From NCBI GenBank assembly GCA_044343545.1, contig JAWBZR010000001.1:33092-97091 (forward strand): a DNA stretch of 64,000 nt. The letters run 5' to 3'. Positions 20,808-31,006 of the stretch are shown piece by piece. Below the pieces are notes generated by a model, which saw only the letters and a program-made list of their open reading frames with translations, did not search any database and had not been told where the DNA came from. The first letter of the stretch is position 1. Every line of letters starts with the position of its first letter. This DNA comes from Candidatus Aenigmatarchaeota archaeon (GTDB lineage: Archaea; Aenigmatarchaeota; Aenigmatarchaeia; CG10238-14). A program made the translations under genes and the position numbers.

Positions 20808-21317
20808 CTATGATCTACTTAAAGCTATTTGACACATATGACAAAAATCGGATGACTTGTTATCTATATCTCTTATGTTATTAGAAGAATTCATGACGCA
20901 ACCCTTTTCTTTACAATGTTGAAGACCCAACACATGACCGAATTCGTGTATGCACTCTTTAAGCAACCTCTCTTTAAACAATTGTTTATCTGGAGATGAT
21001 AATCTAAATGTGGATACTATGGCTGCCTTGCCTTTAATTTTTGCCAAACCAAACAAATAGTTTAATCCTGATGAATATATATCTTTATCTGTAATAGCTA
21101 TCACTTTATCATCAAAATTATTTTCTAAATGGTTGAGAATTATACTTGCTTCATATTGCTGTCTAAATCTATTAAAGCTATCTTCAGGTACCTTTATTTC
21201 AGAGCCGAGTAAGACTGGTATTTTAAACTTTGCTCTCAGATTTTTTTTGACAAAATCCAAAATATTTGGTTCAACTTTACCAAAATAACAAATAGTTAGC
21301 TGAATTTCTCTCACCAA
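20808..21317 (-). CDS. Archaemetzincin zinc protease
   Basis: HEFGHVLGLQHC...CVM...FCHMC signature. Confidence 0.9.
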   Translation of the reverse strand: MVREIQLTICYFGKVEPNILDFVKKNLRAKFKIPVLLGSEIKVPEDSFNRFRQQYEASIILNHLENNFDDKVIAITDKDIYSSGLNYLFGLAKIKGKAAIVSTFRLSSPDKQLFKERLLKECIHEFGHVLGLQHCKEKGCVMNSSNNIRDIDNKSSDFCHMCQIALSRS

Positions 21318-21351
21318 TTAAATATTTAGATAAATTTAAATAAATTTTAAA

Positions 21352-21425
21352 TGGGGTTGGCCGGATTTGAACCAGCGACACCACGGGCTTCAGCCGTGCG
21401 CTCTCCCGGACTGAGCTACAACCCC
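21352..21425 (-). tRNA. tRNA-Phe(GAA)
   Basis: Cloverleaf with GGGGTTG/CAACCCC acceptor stem; anticodon arm CACGG-CTGAAGC-CCGTG; TTCAAAT T-loop; CCA not encoded. Confidence 0.95.
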
Positions 21426-21586
21426 AATTGTTATTAAATTTGAAATTCAATCTTAAATTTTTTGGCAAAACGCACATTTTAAAAGTTTTCTAGGGATTCG
21501 AATTTGCCTGCTTTGAAATTCATGAATTCAACCATTTTTTTAAATCTAGTTCCATGAATAAAAGCTTTGAAAATTTATGATAAAGT

Positions 21587-22330
21587 TCAATCACTACCCT
21601 TCGTAAAAATCAATCTTATCTTCGACAACGCTTTATATAATCTCAACTCTATATTGAACCTGTATCTGAAACCTTCTTCTATTATAAAAATAAAATTGCC
21701 CAAAACAAATCTTATGCCAGTAGGTATATCCCTCACGTCATAATAATAAACTTTTACAGGCACTTGTTTTATTCTCAAACCTTCTTTCATTGCTTTGATC
21801 ATCATCATATTTTCTATGATATATCCACCAACTGTTGCGTCAACCAGCTTCAGCATGGCCTCTCTGTTCATAGCTATAAAGCCGCAGTTGCTATCCTTTA
21901 CTCTCACACCAAACATTATATTGAATGTTGTTCTCCAAACAAAGTTACCCAAACGATGTCTTAATGGAACGTCCCTTTTCCAATTTCTATATCCGGTAAC
22001 ATAATCAGCTTGGTCAACAACTAAAGGATTGAATATTTTTGGCAAATCTTCTGGCATATATTGAAGGTCTGCGTCCAGAATTGCCACATATTTTATGTCT
22101 GGAAGATTGTGTTTTATGTATAAGAATGCCGTCTTTAACCCTTCACCTTTACCCCTATTTTTTTCATGTCTAAGTACTATTGCACCAGCACTTTTTGCAA
22201 TTTCTCCTGTTCTATCTGGTGAACAGTCATCAACGACTATTGGCAAGTAACCCAAACTCTTTACTCTCTTTACAACTTCTTCAATGTTTTTTTCTTCCAT
22301 ATAAGCTGGAATCACAACTGCAAATTCCAT
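21587..22330 (-). CDS. GT2 family glycosyltransferase (DPM1-like)
   Basis: IPAYMEE, VDDCSPD, NRGKG, DADLQ, DSNCGF. Confidence 0.9.
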   Translation of the reverse strand: MEFAVVIPAYMEEKNIEEVVKRVKSLGYLPIVVDDCSPDRTGEIAKSAGAIVLRHEKNRGKGEGLKTAFLYIKHNLPDIKYVAILDADLQYMPEDLPKIFNPLVVDQADYVTGYRNWKRDVPLRHRLGNFVWRTTFNIMFGVRVKDSNCGFIAMNREAMLKLVDATVGGYIIENMMMIKAMKEGLRIKQVPVKVYYYDVRDIPTGIRFVLGNFIFIIEEGFRYRFNIELRLYKALSKIRLIFTKGSD

Positions 22331-22366
22331 TCACATCAACGATATTAAAATAAAGAATTTAACGTT

Positions 22367-22543
22367 TTATTGTTGTTGGCCGCCTTTACCATTATTCATG
22401 TTTTCTATTTGCTTTTCTATCCTGACAAGAGTTTTAAAAATACTATCAAGCGTTCTATTCATATAATTAATTTGTGTTATTGATATCAAAGTTGGGCACG
22501 TGCTATAGTTGTTGCATATTTTACCTTTTTCCGGGTCACACAT
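22367..22543 (-). CDS. Small hypothetical protein (58 aa; not in the ORF track)
   Basis: MCDPEKGKICNNYSTCPTL...GGQQQ*; fills the gap between the GT2 gene and bud32. Confidence 0.5.
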   Translation of the reverse strand: MCDPEKGKICNNYSTCPTLISITQINYMNRTLDSIFKTLVRIEKQIENMNNGKGGQQQ

Positions 22544-22596
22544 TTTAGCATAGCACCATAAACTTCTATAAATTTTGCATCCAAGTTTAAATATTT

Positions 22597-23226
22597 ATGG
22601 AACCGACCGTTAACTTTAAAAAGCATGGGGCTGAAGCTGTAATATATTTAGAAAATGATTATATTGTGAAAGAAAGAATTAAAAAGGGTTATAGAATTAA
22701 GGAAATAGATGAAAAAATAAGAAAACTCAGGACATCCTTGGAGGCTAAATTACTCATAGAAGCCAAGAGAAACGGTATTCACACGCCATCTGTATTTCAA
22801 GTTGACAAATGTAATTTTAAAATAAAAATGGAGTTTATAAATGGAATAAGGTTAAAAGAATATCTTGAGGTGTGTGAAAAAAGTGAAATTAAGAAAATAT
22901 GTAAAAACGTGGGCGAGTGCATTGGAAAGTTACACAAGGCAGGTATAGTTCACGGAGATTTGACCACATCTAATATTATTTTGAAAGATGATAAGCTTTA
23001 TTTCATTGATTTTGGTTTGGGTTATTTTTCTAAGAGAACTGAAGATTTCGGAACTGATCTAAAGCTCTTAAAAGAAGCGTTACAATCAACACATTTTAAA
23101 ATATTAAAACTCTGTTGGGATAATATTTTAAAAGGTTACAAAAAAGAATATAAGGAAGCGGACAAGGTTATAGAAAAGGTGAAAGAAATTGAAAAGCGTG
23201 CTAGATATGCTCAGAAGCAAGAATAG
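22597..23226 (+). CDS. bud32: KEOPS kinase Bud32 (stand-alone)
   Basis: GAEA, VKERIKKGYR, HGDLTTSN, IDFGL. Confidence 0.92.
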   Translation: MEPTVNFKKHGAEAVIYLENDYIVKERIKKGYRIKEIDEKIRKLRTSLEAKLLIEAKRNGIHTPSVFQVDKCNFKIKMEFINGIRLKEYLEVCEKSEIKKICKNVGECIGKLHKAGIVHGDLTTSNIILKDDKLYFIDFGLGYFSKRTEDFGTDLKLLKEALQSTHFKILKLCWDNILKGYKKEYKEADKVIEKVKEIEKRARYAQKQE

Positions 23227-23422
23227 GTTTGAAAAAGCGGAAGGGTATGCTATATTTTCTCTATTGATAAGTTCAATTTTTTTATCTCTAGGCATCGGCC
23301 TAACTATTTTTGGTACAAGAGGTGTTTCGGCCTTGATAGCAATGTTGGGAGCATTATTTTCATTTTTGTCAGCTGTCGCTTTAATAGTAATATGGGTATG
23401 GGAAGATATGGTGAAAGGATGA
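23207..23422 (+). CDS. Small 2-TM membrane protein
   Basis: Two hydrophobic helices; overlaps the bud32 stop. Confidence 0.55.
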   Translation: MLRSKNRFEKAEGYAIFSLLISSIFLSLGIGLTIFGTRGVSALIAMLGALFSFLSAVALIVIWVWEDMVKG

Positions 23423-23477
23423 ATTTTTTAAATATTGCATTTCATAAATTTGCAGTATGATTTGAAAAGGTGCTTAA

Positions 23478-23939
23478 ATGGCAAGGATGCATGCAAGAAA
23501 AAAGGGAAAATCCGGATCTAAGAAACCTTTGATGAAAACAGCTCCTAGATGGGTTATTTATAAAAAGGCTGAAGTAGAGAAGCTTGTGGTAAATTTGGCC
23601 AAAGAAGGATACTCGTCTGCTATGATAGGTATTATTTTAAGAGATAGATATGGTATACCTTCAGTGAAGCTAATAACGGGTAAAAGCATATCGCAAATAA
23701 TGAAAGAGAACAAATTATATCCGAAATATCCTGAAGATTTGCTTAATTTATTAAAGAGAGCTGTGAATTTGAGAGCGCATTTAGCTATTCACAAAAAAGA
23801 TTATACTTCCAAAAGAAATTTGGGTTTATTGGAATCCAAAATAAGAAGATTGGTAAAATATTATATAAGAAAAAAGATCTTGCCGGAAGATTGGAAATAT
23901 GACCCAGAAAAGGCAAAAGTTATTGTGCAACAAAAGTGA
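23478..23939 (+). CDS. rps15: 30S ribosomal protein uS15 (S13e-type)
   Basis: [14 protein letters not shown]...LRDRYGIP...PEDL...[11 protein letters not shown]. Confidence 0.97.
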   Translation: MARMHARKKGKSGSKKPLMKTAPRWVIYKKAEVEKLVVNLAKEGYSSAMIGIILRDRYGIPSVKLITGKSISQIMKENKLYPKYPEDLLNLLKRAVNLRAHLAIHKKDYTSKRNLGLLESKIRRLVKYYIRKKILPEDWKYDPEKAKVIVQQK

Positions 23940-23943
23940 TTGA

Positions 23944-24498
23944 ATGGCAAAAAAGATAAAGGGTAAGGATTGGTTCACGATTTTTGCACCGAAAATTTTT
24001 CAAGAAAAGATAATAGGAGAAACGATGGCGGACGATGCCAAAAAAGTCATTAACAGAATGGTGGAATTGCCTGTAGTGCTTATAACCAATGATATGAGCA
24101 AGTATTATATGAAAGCTAAGATGAAGATAAAGAGAGTTGAAGGGCAAAACGCCTATGCAGAGCTCGCTGGCTTGGAATGTATGAGAGATTATATAGCAAG
24201 AATGATTAGGCATAGAGTTACGAGAATAGACACCGTTCAAAAACTTGAAACAAAGGATGGCAAACAAATAGTAGTAAAGTGTGTAATAGTCACAAGTAGA
24301 AAAGTCACTGCAGGTGTGGAGAAAAAAATTAGAAAATATGTTGAGGATGTTATCACCAAAAATGTTTCTGAAAGTACGCTTGATGATTTTGTAACAAAAA
24401 TTTTAAAAGATGTTATAAAGCAAAAAATATTAAAAGAAGGCTCGAAAATATATCCACTAAAATTTTTCGAAGTGAGGAAATTAGAAGTAAAGATTTGA
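23944..24498 (+). CDS. rps3ae: 30S ribosomal protein eS1 (S3Ae)
   Basis: KDWF.IFAP.IF, RDY, RID, KIYPL...EVRK. Confidence 0.92.
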   Translation: MAKKIKGKDWFTIFAPKIFQEKIIGETMADDAKKVINRMVELPVVLITNDMSKYYMKAKMKIKRVEGQNAYAELAGLECMRDYIARMIRHRVTRIDTVQKLETKDGKQIVVKCVIVTSRKVTAGVEKKIRKYVEDVITKNVSESTLDDFVTKILKDVIKQKILKEGSKIYPLKFFEVRKLEVKI

Positions 24499-24535
24499 GT
24501 GAAGTATTTTATTTCTTCTCTAAAATAATTGTTTT

Positions 24536-26176
24536 ATGAAAAATATAGAAGAAATGGCAAAAAAATATGCCATAATAAATGCTGTAGAATTTGGCGGTAA
24601 AGCAAATGTTCAAGCTGTTCTAGGTAAAATTATTGCTGAAGATGAAAGTTTGAAAGCTAAAATAAAGGATGTCGCGAAGATCGTCGCGAAAATTGTTCAA
24701 GAAGTAAATTCTACACCCTTAGATGAGTTAAAAAAAGAGTATGAAAAATTGGACGTAATTGTTGAAAAAAAGCAAGAAAGTAAGGATTTACCAGAACTTC
24801 CATTTGCTCAAAAAGGAAAAGTAATAACAGCATTTCCCCCAGAGCCAAGCAAATATCCGCACATAGGTCACGCAAAGGCTGCCTTGATAAATTACATGTA
24901 TGCAAAAAAATATGATGGAATTTTTATCTTAAGATTTGAAGATACGAACCCGGAGATGGCTAAGAAAGAATATTATGATGCCATAATGGACGGATTAAAA
25001 TGGTTAAATATTGTATGGGATAAAGTCGATTATATTTCAGATCACATAGAAAAGTATTATGAGTTTGCTGAAAGGCTTTTAAATGAAAAAAGAGCTTATG
25101 TATGCCTCTGCGAGCAAGAAAAAATAAAAAAATTCAGGATGGAAGGTATAGAATGTGAACATAGACGGCAAAGTGTTGAGGAAAACTTAAATTTATGGAA
25201 GAAAATGTTTGAAGAATTTGAAGAAGGTAAGGCTACTTTGAGATTAAGAATTGACATGAAACACAAAAACACTACGATGAGAGACCCGGTGATAATGAGA
25301 ATTGTTGATAAAGAGCATGTAAGGACGGGGAAAAAATATAGAATATGGCCAACGTATGATTTCGGCACAAGCGTTATGGACGGTTTGGAAGGCGTAACCC
25401 ATAGATTTAGAAGCAAAGAATTTGAGATGAGAGATGAATTGCAAAAATTTATTCAAAGAATTTTGGGTTTTAAAGAAACATACATAAAAGAAATAGCGAG
25501 ATTTAACCTTGAGGGCGTACCGTCTTCAGGAAGAATTATAAGGCAAATGATAGCTGAAGGCAAGCTATCTGGATGGGATGATCCTAGACTTTCTACGCTC
25601 ATGGCACTGAGAAAGAGAGGTTTTTTACCCGAAGCAATAAAAGAGTTTTTGTTATCGACTGGAATATCAAAAGCCGAAGCAACATTCGGATGGGAAATGT
25701 TAGAGAGTTTTAATAGAAAACATGTTGATAAGATAGCCAATAGATACTTTGCTGTTGTAAATCCTGTACCTATAGAAATTATTGGAAATCTGCCAAAGAT
25801 CGTGGAAGAACCGCTCCATCCAGATTATCCTGAGAGGGGAAAAAGAAAAATTGAAGTGGGAAAGAATATCTACATATCAAGAGAAGATTACGATAGATTT
25901 TTTGGGAAAACAGTTAGGCTAATAGGGTTATGTAATGTAAAGTTGAGTAAAAAGGCTGTATATGAAGGTAATGAAATAATTCAAGATATGCCAAAAATTC
26001 AATGGGTTTCAGAGCCCTTCGAAAGAATAAAAATATTGATGAATGATGGAAATATAGTAAACATGATAGCAGAGCCTGAAATCAAAATTTGTGAAGAATT
26101 TGTTCAATTTATTAGAATTGGGTTTGCCAAGCTGATTTCAAGGGAAGATATGTTTTTCTGTTTTACACACAAATAA
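24536..26176 (+). CDS. gltX: Glutamate--tRNA ligase (archaeal type)
   Basis: PPEPSKYPHIGH, LRFEDTNP, WPTYDF, GWDDPRL. Confidence 0.95.
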   Translation: MKNIEEMAKKYAIINAVEFGGKANVQAVLGKIIAEDESLKAKIKDVAKIVAKIVQEVNSTPLDELKKEYEKLDVIVEKKQESKDLPELPFAQKGKVITAFPPEPSKYPHIGHAKAALINYMYAKKYDGIFILRFEDTNPEMAKKEYYDAIMDGLKWLNIVWDKVDYISDHIEKYYEFAERLLNEKRAYVCLCEQEKIKKFRMEGIECEHRRQSVEENLNLWKKMFEEFEEGKATLRLRIDMKHKNTTMRDPVIMRIVDKEHVRTGKKYRIWPTYDFGTSVMDGLEGVTHRFRSKEFEMRDELQKFIQRILGFKETYIKEIARFNLEGVPSSGRIIRQMIAEGKLSGWDDPRLSTLMALRKRGFLPEAIKEFLLSTGISKAEATFGWEMLESFNRKHVDKIANRYFAVVNPVPIEIIGNLPKIVEEPLHPDYPERGKRKIEVGKNIYISREDYDRFFGKTVRLIGLCNVKLSKKAVYEGNEIIQDMPKIQWVSEPFERIKILMNDGNIVNMIAEPEIKICEEFVQFIRIGFAKLISREDMFFCFTHK

Positions 26177-26178
26177 GA

Positions 26179-26664
26179 TTAAAAGATTATTCTTTTTATC
26201 AACAATATATTCAAATTTACGATTATCAAGGCTATATAAAACATTCTCTTTGTTCCTTTATGGTGCCAATGGTTTTTCGTGAAAGTTAAGTGAAAATCTG
26301 AAAATGGGTAAAATATTCTCGTGGCCCAAAAATCAGAGTGACTGAGCATATCGATAATTATGTGGGATGCGTAGCAGATCGCAAAAATTGAAGTATACTC
26401 GGGGAAGAAAACGCTAAAAACAGAAGTGATTATTAATAAGCCTATGATGCTGTGAAAGAAATGATAAAATTCAAGATATTCATTAGGCGGTCTCCATTCA
26501 TGCAATACTTGTCTCTTTAATGGAAATTTATCTTTTATCACATAGTATAGAAAGAATGGAGCTGACAGTATATCTGGCATATTAGAAAATAAAAATACTG
26601 GTAAAAGCAGTTGCAAATTTCTTACAAGCGTTAATCCCCACAAGGCATGGACTATATTATCCAT
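26179..26664 (-). CDS. Membrane-bound metal-dependent hydrolase (YdjM/DUF457-like)
   Basis: H near the N-terminus, PD, HS, SHIIID..H, FYPFS. Confidence 0.65.
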   Translation of the reverse strand: MDNIVHALWGLTLVRNLQLLLPVFLFSNMPDILSAPFFLYYVIKDKFPLKRQVLHEWRPPNEYLEFYHFFHSIIGLLIITSVFSVFFPEYTSIFAICYASHIIIDMLSHSDFWATRIFYPFSDFHLTFTKNHWHHKGTKRMFYIALIIVNLNILLIKRIIF

Positions 26665-26754
26665 TGGGTAAATTTTTTATGATTTCAAATTTTTAAATCA
26701 TATAGAACTGATTCTTGGTGAAATATTTAAATTATCCTCATAATTTTATTGTTT

Positions 26755-27282
26755 ATGGAAGGCGAGTTAATAGGAGAAAGGGTCGTGATTTGGGGAAAAG
26801 ATGCTCAAAACTTATATGAAGAAAGTGGTTATGGAAAACCATTAGAAGATAGGTTAGAGCTTTCTTTAATAGAAGCGTGTTTTCTCTTGGAAAAGAATAA
26901 AATTTCTATAAAAACGAAAGACGGCAAGCTTTCTTTCAAAGAATTTTATGAATATTGTATTAGCAAGGAGCCGGAATTTCACCAAAAATATGTAGTTTAC
27001 AAAGATTTGAGATCAAGAGGTTATCTAGTTAAAACGGGATTTAAATTTGGAGCTCATTTTAGGGTTTATGAGAGAGGTGTTAAACTCAAAAGAGGGCCTA
27101 AAGAAGCTCATGAGCATACCAAGTTCGTTGTTCATGCAATAAAAGAAGAGGATAGATTTTCATATCCTGAGTTATCAAGGGCGGTGAGATTAGCGCAAAA
27201 CATAAGGGCAAAAATGGTTTGGGCCGTCGTGGATAGCGAAAATGACGTGACATATTATGAAATAGTTAGAGTCACTCCCTAA
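26755..27282 (+). CDS. endA: tRNA-intron endonuclease (single-unit alpha-type subunit)
   Basis: GYG, LSLIEA, VYKDLRSRG, KTGFKFG..FRVY, EH, VD...VTYY. Confidence 0.93.
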   Translation: MEGELIGERVVIWGKDAQNLYEESGYGKPLEDRLELSLIEACFLLEKNKISIKTKDGKLSFKEFYEYCISKEPEFHQKYVVYKDLRSRGYLVKTGFKFGAHFRVYERGVKLKRGPKEAHEHTKFVVHAIKEEDRFSYPELSRAVRLAQNIRAKMVWAVVDSENDVTYYEIVRVTP

Positions 27283-28313
27283 GACCAACTTAACTTGAAT
27301 CTTAAAATAGCCCCTATACCTATATGTCTAAATTGTTGCCCTGCATTATGCAGAGTAGATATTATTTTAACCTTGCCCCCCTTCATTTCAACTTGTTTAG
27401 CTATCTCTTCCACTTCCTTTGATAGCATGTCTTCTGAAACCAATAAAAATTCTATTGCTCCCATATTGTTTGCCGAAGAAATGTTATTAATTCCAAATAT
27501 GGCGAGGCCGTCATCCTTTTTAAGATGCATGAAAAATTCTTCCACGAGTTTAGTTTCTTTCAATATCTCGTTTTCTTCACCCAAACTTTCCACAACCCCG
27601 CTCTTTATTATTTCATTAATGCCAGCAATGGTAGCTGATGAGGCATTGGAAACAAAAATTTTCTTGAAAGCTTCGCTCGATTTTTCTCTTATTATCTTAA
27701 AAACATGTTCCTTTGCGAAACCAGGTCCGGCCAAGATTATGTGTTTCATTTGAGGATAAAACTTCATTATTTCTTCGGCTACCAACCTATAATATTCACT
27801 AATTTTTTTCTCCTCGTAATTAAAAGAAAATGGATTTCTTATTTCTGAAATTTGCTCTATTCTATTATTTTTCAACAAGTAAAGCAAGGCTTGGTCTAGG
27901 TCGATGGCCACGATCATAATGTTAGGTGATTTTTTTTCTGCTTCTTTAAGTTTTTCTATTTGATAATTTTTCCATTCTCTTTTAGTGATAGTCAAATGTT
28001 TGCCTGGTTTTATTTCTATTGAATGATAGGAATCTATTTGCACGTTTTTCGGTGCTTCGACTATTCTACCAGAAACTCTTAATTGAAACGTGCCTGTTTG
28101 AAATTCTACTTTTTCCACCGCAATCTTTATGACCATAAGTTTTTTCCCTACCTTTCTTATCTCACCGTCCCTTTCTAGAAAAACGGTTCGTGGCGTCCTT
28201 GCTTTTACAAGATCCCCAGGCTCTATAAAGTTTTTAAGATAAAAAAGATCGTCATTGCACTCTACTCTTAACTTTACCTTTTGCAGTTTTGGAGATATTT
28301 TTATGATTTTCAT
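27279..28313 (-). CDS. pelA: mRNA surveillance protein Pelota
   Basis: DDLFYL..GD.V...T.R, LRVSG, YHS, AGPGFAKE, GIGAILRF. Confidence 0.93.
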   Translation of the reverse strand: MKIIKISPKLQKVKLRVECNDDLFYLKNFIEPGDLVKARTPRTVFLERDGEIRKVGKKLMVIKIAVEKVEFQTGTFQLRVSGRIVEAPKNVQIDSYHSIEIKPGKHLTITKREWKNYQIEKLKEAEKKSPNIMIVAIDLDQALLYLLKNNRIEQISEIRNPFSFNYEEKKISEYYRLVAEEIMKFYPQMKHIILAGPGFAKEHVFKIIREKSSEAFKKIFVSNASSATIAGINEIIKSGVVESLGEENEILKETKLVEEFFMHLKKDDGLAIFGINNISSANNMGAIEFLLVSEDMLSKEVEEIAKQVEMKGGKVKIISTLHNAGQQFRHIGIGAILRFKLSWS

Positions 28314-28357
28314 AACTGATAAAAGTTATTAGTATAAAAAACAAAAAAGATATGTAT

Positions 28358-29521
28358 ATGGCAAAAGCTCAAGCTAAGATAGATGAATTTATATGGGTAT
28401 TTTTTGCTGGAATGCTAACAATTGTTATATTAATATTCTTTTGGGGAACCCCAAAATTGAAGATCAACGAAACAGAAAATGTTACTCAAGCGAGGGAAAT
28501 TTTCACAATTGGCTCGTTCGACGAAAATGTCCCAAGGACCATAAGAATAGGCGATTTTACTGTTAGTCATACTGCCGGTTCTCAAACCATAGAGACAAAA
28601 AAGTACTTTGAAGTGAGTAAAGGTTTATTTGAAAATAAAAAATTCTCCTTTAGCTCAGAAATAGCTGAAAATTTTGATGACGTGATTGATGGATGGATTG
28701 AATTATATGTATTGGAAAGTGGAAGTGGAAAACTTGTTGTTAAGGTAAATAATAAAGTAGTTTACAGCCAAAACACAGAACCTGGAAAAATAAGAATAGC
28801 TGTTGAAAAAGATTTGTTGAAAAATTATAATGTTATAGAAATCAGCTCAAGCATGCCTGGTTTGATGTTTTGGAGTACAAGTATTTATAGGATCGAAAAA
28901 GCAGAGTTTGGCATAAATATTTATGGAAACGTGGCTAAAAGATATGATTTTATATTGTATGGAAGTGAATTGAAAACTTTCACTGGAGGTGAGTTAAAGT
29001 TTAATTTGGAAGAAAGAGAAGGTTACGGTGATTTAATCATAAAAATTAATGGAAGAGAATTTTTCAGAGGCATACCATCTGGAAGTTTTAGTAAAACGTT
29101 TGAAATTTTTGATGTGGGTCTCGTGAATGGAGTCAATAACATAGAATTTTCGACTGAAAGAGATACAAGTTACAAATTGGATGATGTTCAAATCATAATA
29201 AGTCATAAAGAGCAAGCTACAAAGAGTAAAACCTTTTCTTTCAGAATAACTGAAAATGATATGGAAAGGTTAAAGGGCGGTAAAAAAGGTAGAATTAGCT
29301 TCATAATATTGGACAGCGACTTCAATGGTAATTTGGCTATAAAGATAAAAGATGCGAAGGGTCAGGAACACCAACTTGATTACATATCATCATATTCCAT
29401 AGGAAAGACTGTAAATGTTTATTTTGGAATGAATGATGTCGAAATAGGAACTAATTACGTGACTTTCAGTGTTATAGGAAACGGAAAGTTTACTCTAAGC
29501 AATCTTGAGGTTGTTGTATAG
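28358..29521 (+). CDS. Membrane-anchored beta-rich surface protein with a KAQ class-III-signal-like N-terminus
   Basis: MAKAQ plus hydrophobic helix; three similar beta-rich modules (LVVKVN / LIIKIN / LAIKIK...N). Confidence 0.55.
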   Translation: MAKAQAKIDEFIWVFFAGMLTIVILIFFWGTPKLKINETENVTQAREIFTIGSFDENVPRTIRIGDFTVSHTAGSQTIETKKYFEVSKGLFENKKFSFSSEIAENFDDVIDGWIELYVLESGSGKLVVKVNNKVVYSQNTEPGKIRIAVEKDLLKNYNVIEISSSMPGLMFWSTSIYRIEKAEFGINIYGNVAKRYDFILYGSELKTFTGGELKFNLEEREGYGDLIIKINGREFFRGIPSGSFSKTFEIFDVGLVNGVNNIEFSTERDTSYKLDDVQIIISHKEQATKSKTFSFRITENDMERLKGGKKGRISFIILDSDFNGNLAIKIKDAKGQEHQLDYISSYSIGKTVNVYFGMNDVEIGTNYVTFSVIGNGKFTLSNLEVVV

Positions 29522-29524
29522 AAA

Positions 29525-30295
29525 TTACACCTGGCAAATAAGCCTGAGAAAGCTTCTTCCGCCTGTCGCCATTCCTAAAATTGCTACTAATAGCTTTAGA
29601 AATTTTCCAAATTCTCTATCTTCAATTTCATCTAACATCTTCAAACAAAAATAAACCACTATAAATTTGACTATGATGAATGAAAATGGAGTGTTCGTTA
29701 CCTCTATTATCAATTTTGGTAAAACATGCTGCTCTGCATAGCCAAACCAATTAATTGCAACGGCTGTGGCCGTGGAATCAAACAAGTGCAAACCAATGAC
29801 GATCTTATTTTCCAAGCTTGTTTTCAATAACTTAAGAAAAAAACATTCTATTAAAATAAATGGTAAAAGATAAAAAATAGGTTGCAGTGTTTTTATGCTT
29901 ATAAAAATAGATGTTGAAGAAAATATGGAAAAGCCAAGAATAAACATAATTTTATGATAAGGTAAACCTTTTTTATTTTCTAAAAATTTTGTAATAATTA
30001 GCAGCAAAAGTATAGTGGAAAAAGATATCAGCCAAATGAATGGAGTGACAAAAAGGTATCCTTTGATTGTTTCCGCATCTCTCAAGACTCTAATAACAAT
30101 AGACGATAATATAAATGGAATGATGGATATGCATAGTTTGAAATCTATATCTATTTTGAGTTTTCTTATGATTTTGAAAGCCAAATATCCTAAAAATATA
30201 AAAATCAATGAATAAGTTATAGTGTTTACTATGTTATATCCTTCACTATATTTTATAGGTTCTATGAAATGTTTTTCAAAAAAATTTTCTAACAT
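29525..30295 (-). CDS. DUF63 family membrane protein
   Basis: GYNIVNT, RVLRDA, FVTP, HLFD..AT, YAEQHVLP, LGMATG.R. Confidence 0.85.
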   Translation of the reverse strand: MLENFFEKHFIEPIKYSEGYNIVNTITYSLIFIFLGYLAFKIIRKLKIDIDFKLCISIIPFILSSIVIRVLRDAETIKGYLFVTPFIWLISFSTILLLLIITKFLENKKGLPYHKIMFILGFSIFSSTSIFISIKTLQPIFYLLPFILIECFFLKLLKTSLENKIVIGLHLFDSTATAVAINWFGYAEQHVLPKLIIEVTNTPFSFIIVKFIVVYFCLKMLDEIEDREFGKFLKLLVAILGMATGGRSFLRLICQV

Positions 30296-30331
30296 GTAAA
30301 AATAAATAAAATCGGAAAGATAAATTTAATT

Positions 30332-31006
30332 GTGTCTAAAGGATTCTTCATAAGTTTCGAAGGTATAGATTCTACGGGTAAAAAAACTCAAGCCAAACTT
30401 TTGGCAGAGTACCTTAGAAAAAAAGGTTTAAATGTAGAAGAATTAAGCTTTCCCGCATATAATACTAAATTTGGCCAATATGTATCTGCTTTTTTAAGAG
30501 GTGAATATGGAAAAAAAGAAGATATGCCTGAAATAGCCGCTTTGCTTTTCGCCCTAGATAGATATCAATTCAAAAAATTTATAGAAGATTCCATAAAAGA
30601 TGGAAAAATTATAGTGTGTAACAGATATACTCAATCTGCGATGGCTTTCGAAGGAAGTTTAAGTCAAGATAAGAAAAAATTCATTAAATGGGTCGGTCAA
30701 GTAGAATCGAGATTACCGCAACCTGATGTAATAATATTGTTAGATTTGCCAATAGAATATTCTACGAAGCTTTTGGAGCTTAGAGAAGAGAAAGAATATT
30801 TGAAGGGTGCAAAAAAAGATATATTTGAAGAAGATTTGGTTTATCAAGAAAAAGTTAGAAAAACTTATCTTGAAATGGCTAAAGGAAAAAGATGGATTGT
30901 TGTAAAATGTTTCAAGAAAAATGGGATAAAAAGTGTTGAAGAGATACATGAAGAAATAGTGAAAAAAGTTGAGAATATTTTAAAAGAAAAAACAATAATT
31001 AAATAA
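30332..31006 (+). CDS. tmk: Thymidylate kinase
   Basis: FEGIDSTGKKT, LLFALDR, NRY..S, PQPD. Confidence 0.9.
   Translation: MSKGFFISFEGIDSTGKKTQAKLLAEYLRKKGLNVEELSFPAYNTKFGQYVSAFLRGEYGKKEDMPEIAALLFALDRYQFKKFIEDSIKDGKIIVCNRYTQSAMAFEGSLSQDKKKFIKWVGQVESRLPQPDVIILLDLPIEYSTKLLELREEKEYLKGAKKDIFEEDLVYQEKVRKTYLEMAKGKRWIVVKCFKKNGIKSVEEIHEEIVKKVENILKEKTIIK

Noticed and set aside
21490..21506. GGGATTCGAA resembling a tRNA T-arm or att remnant near tRNA-Phe
   Set aside because: No complete stem or cloverleaf, and no match to the tRNA 3' ends in this window
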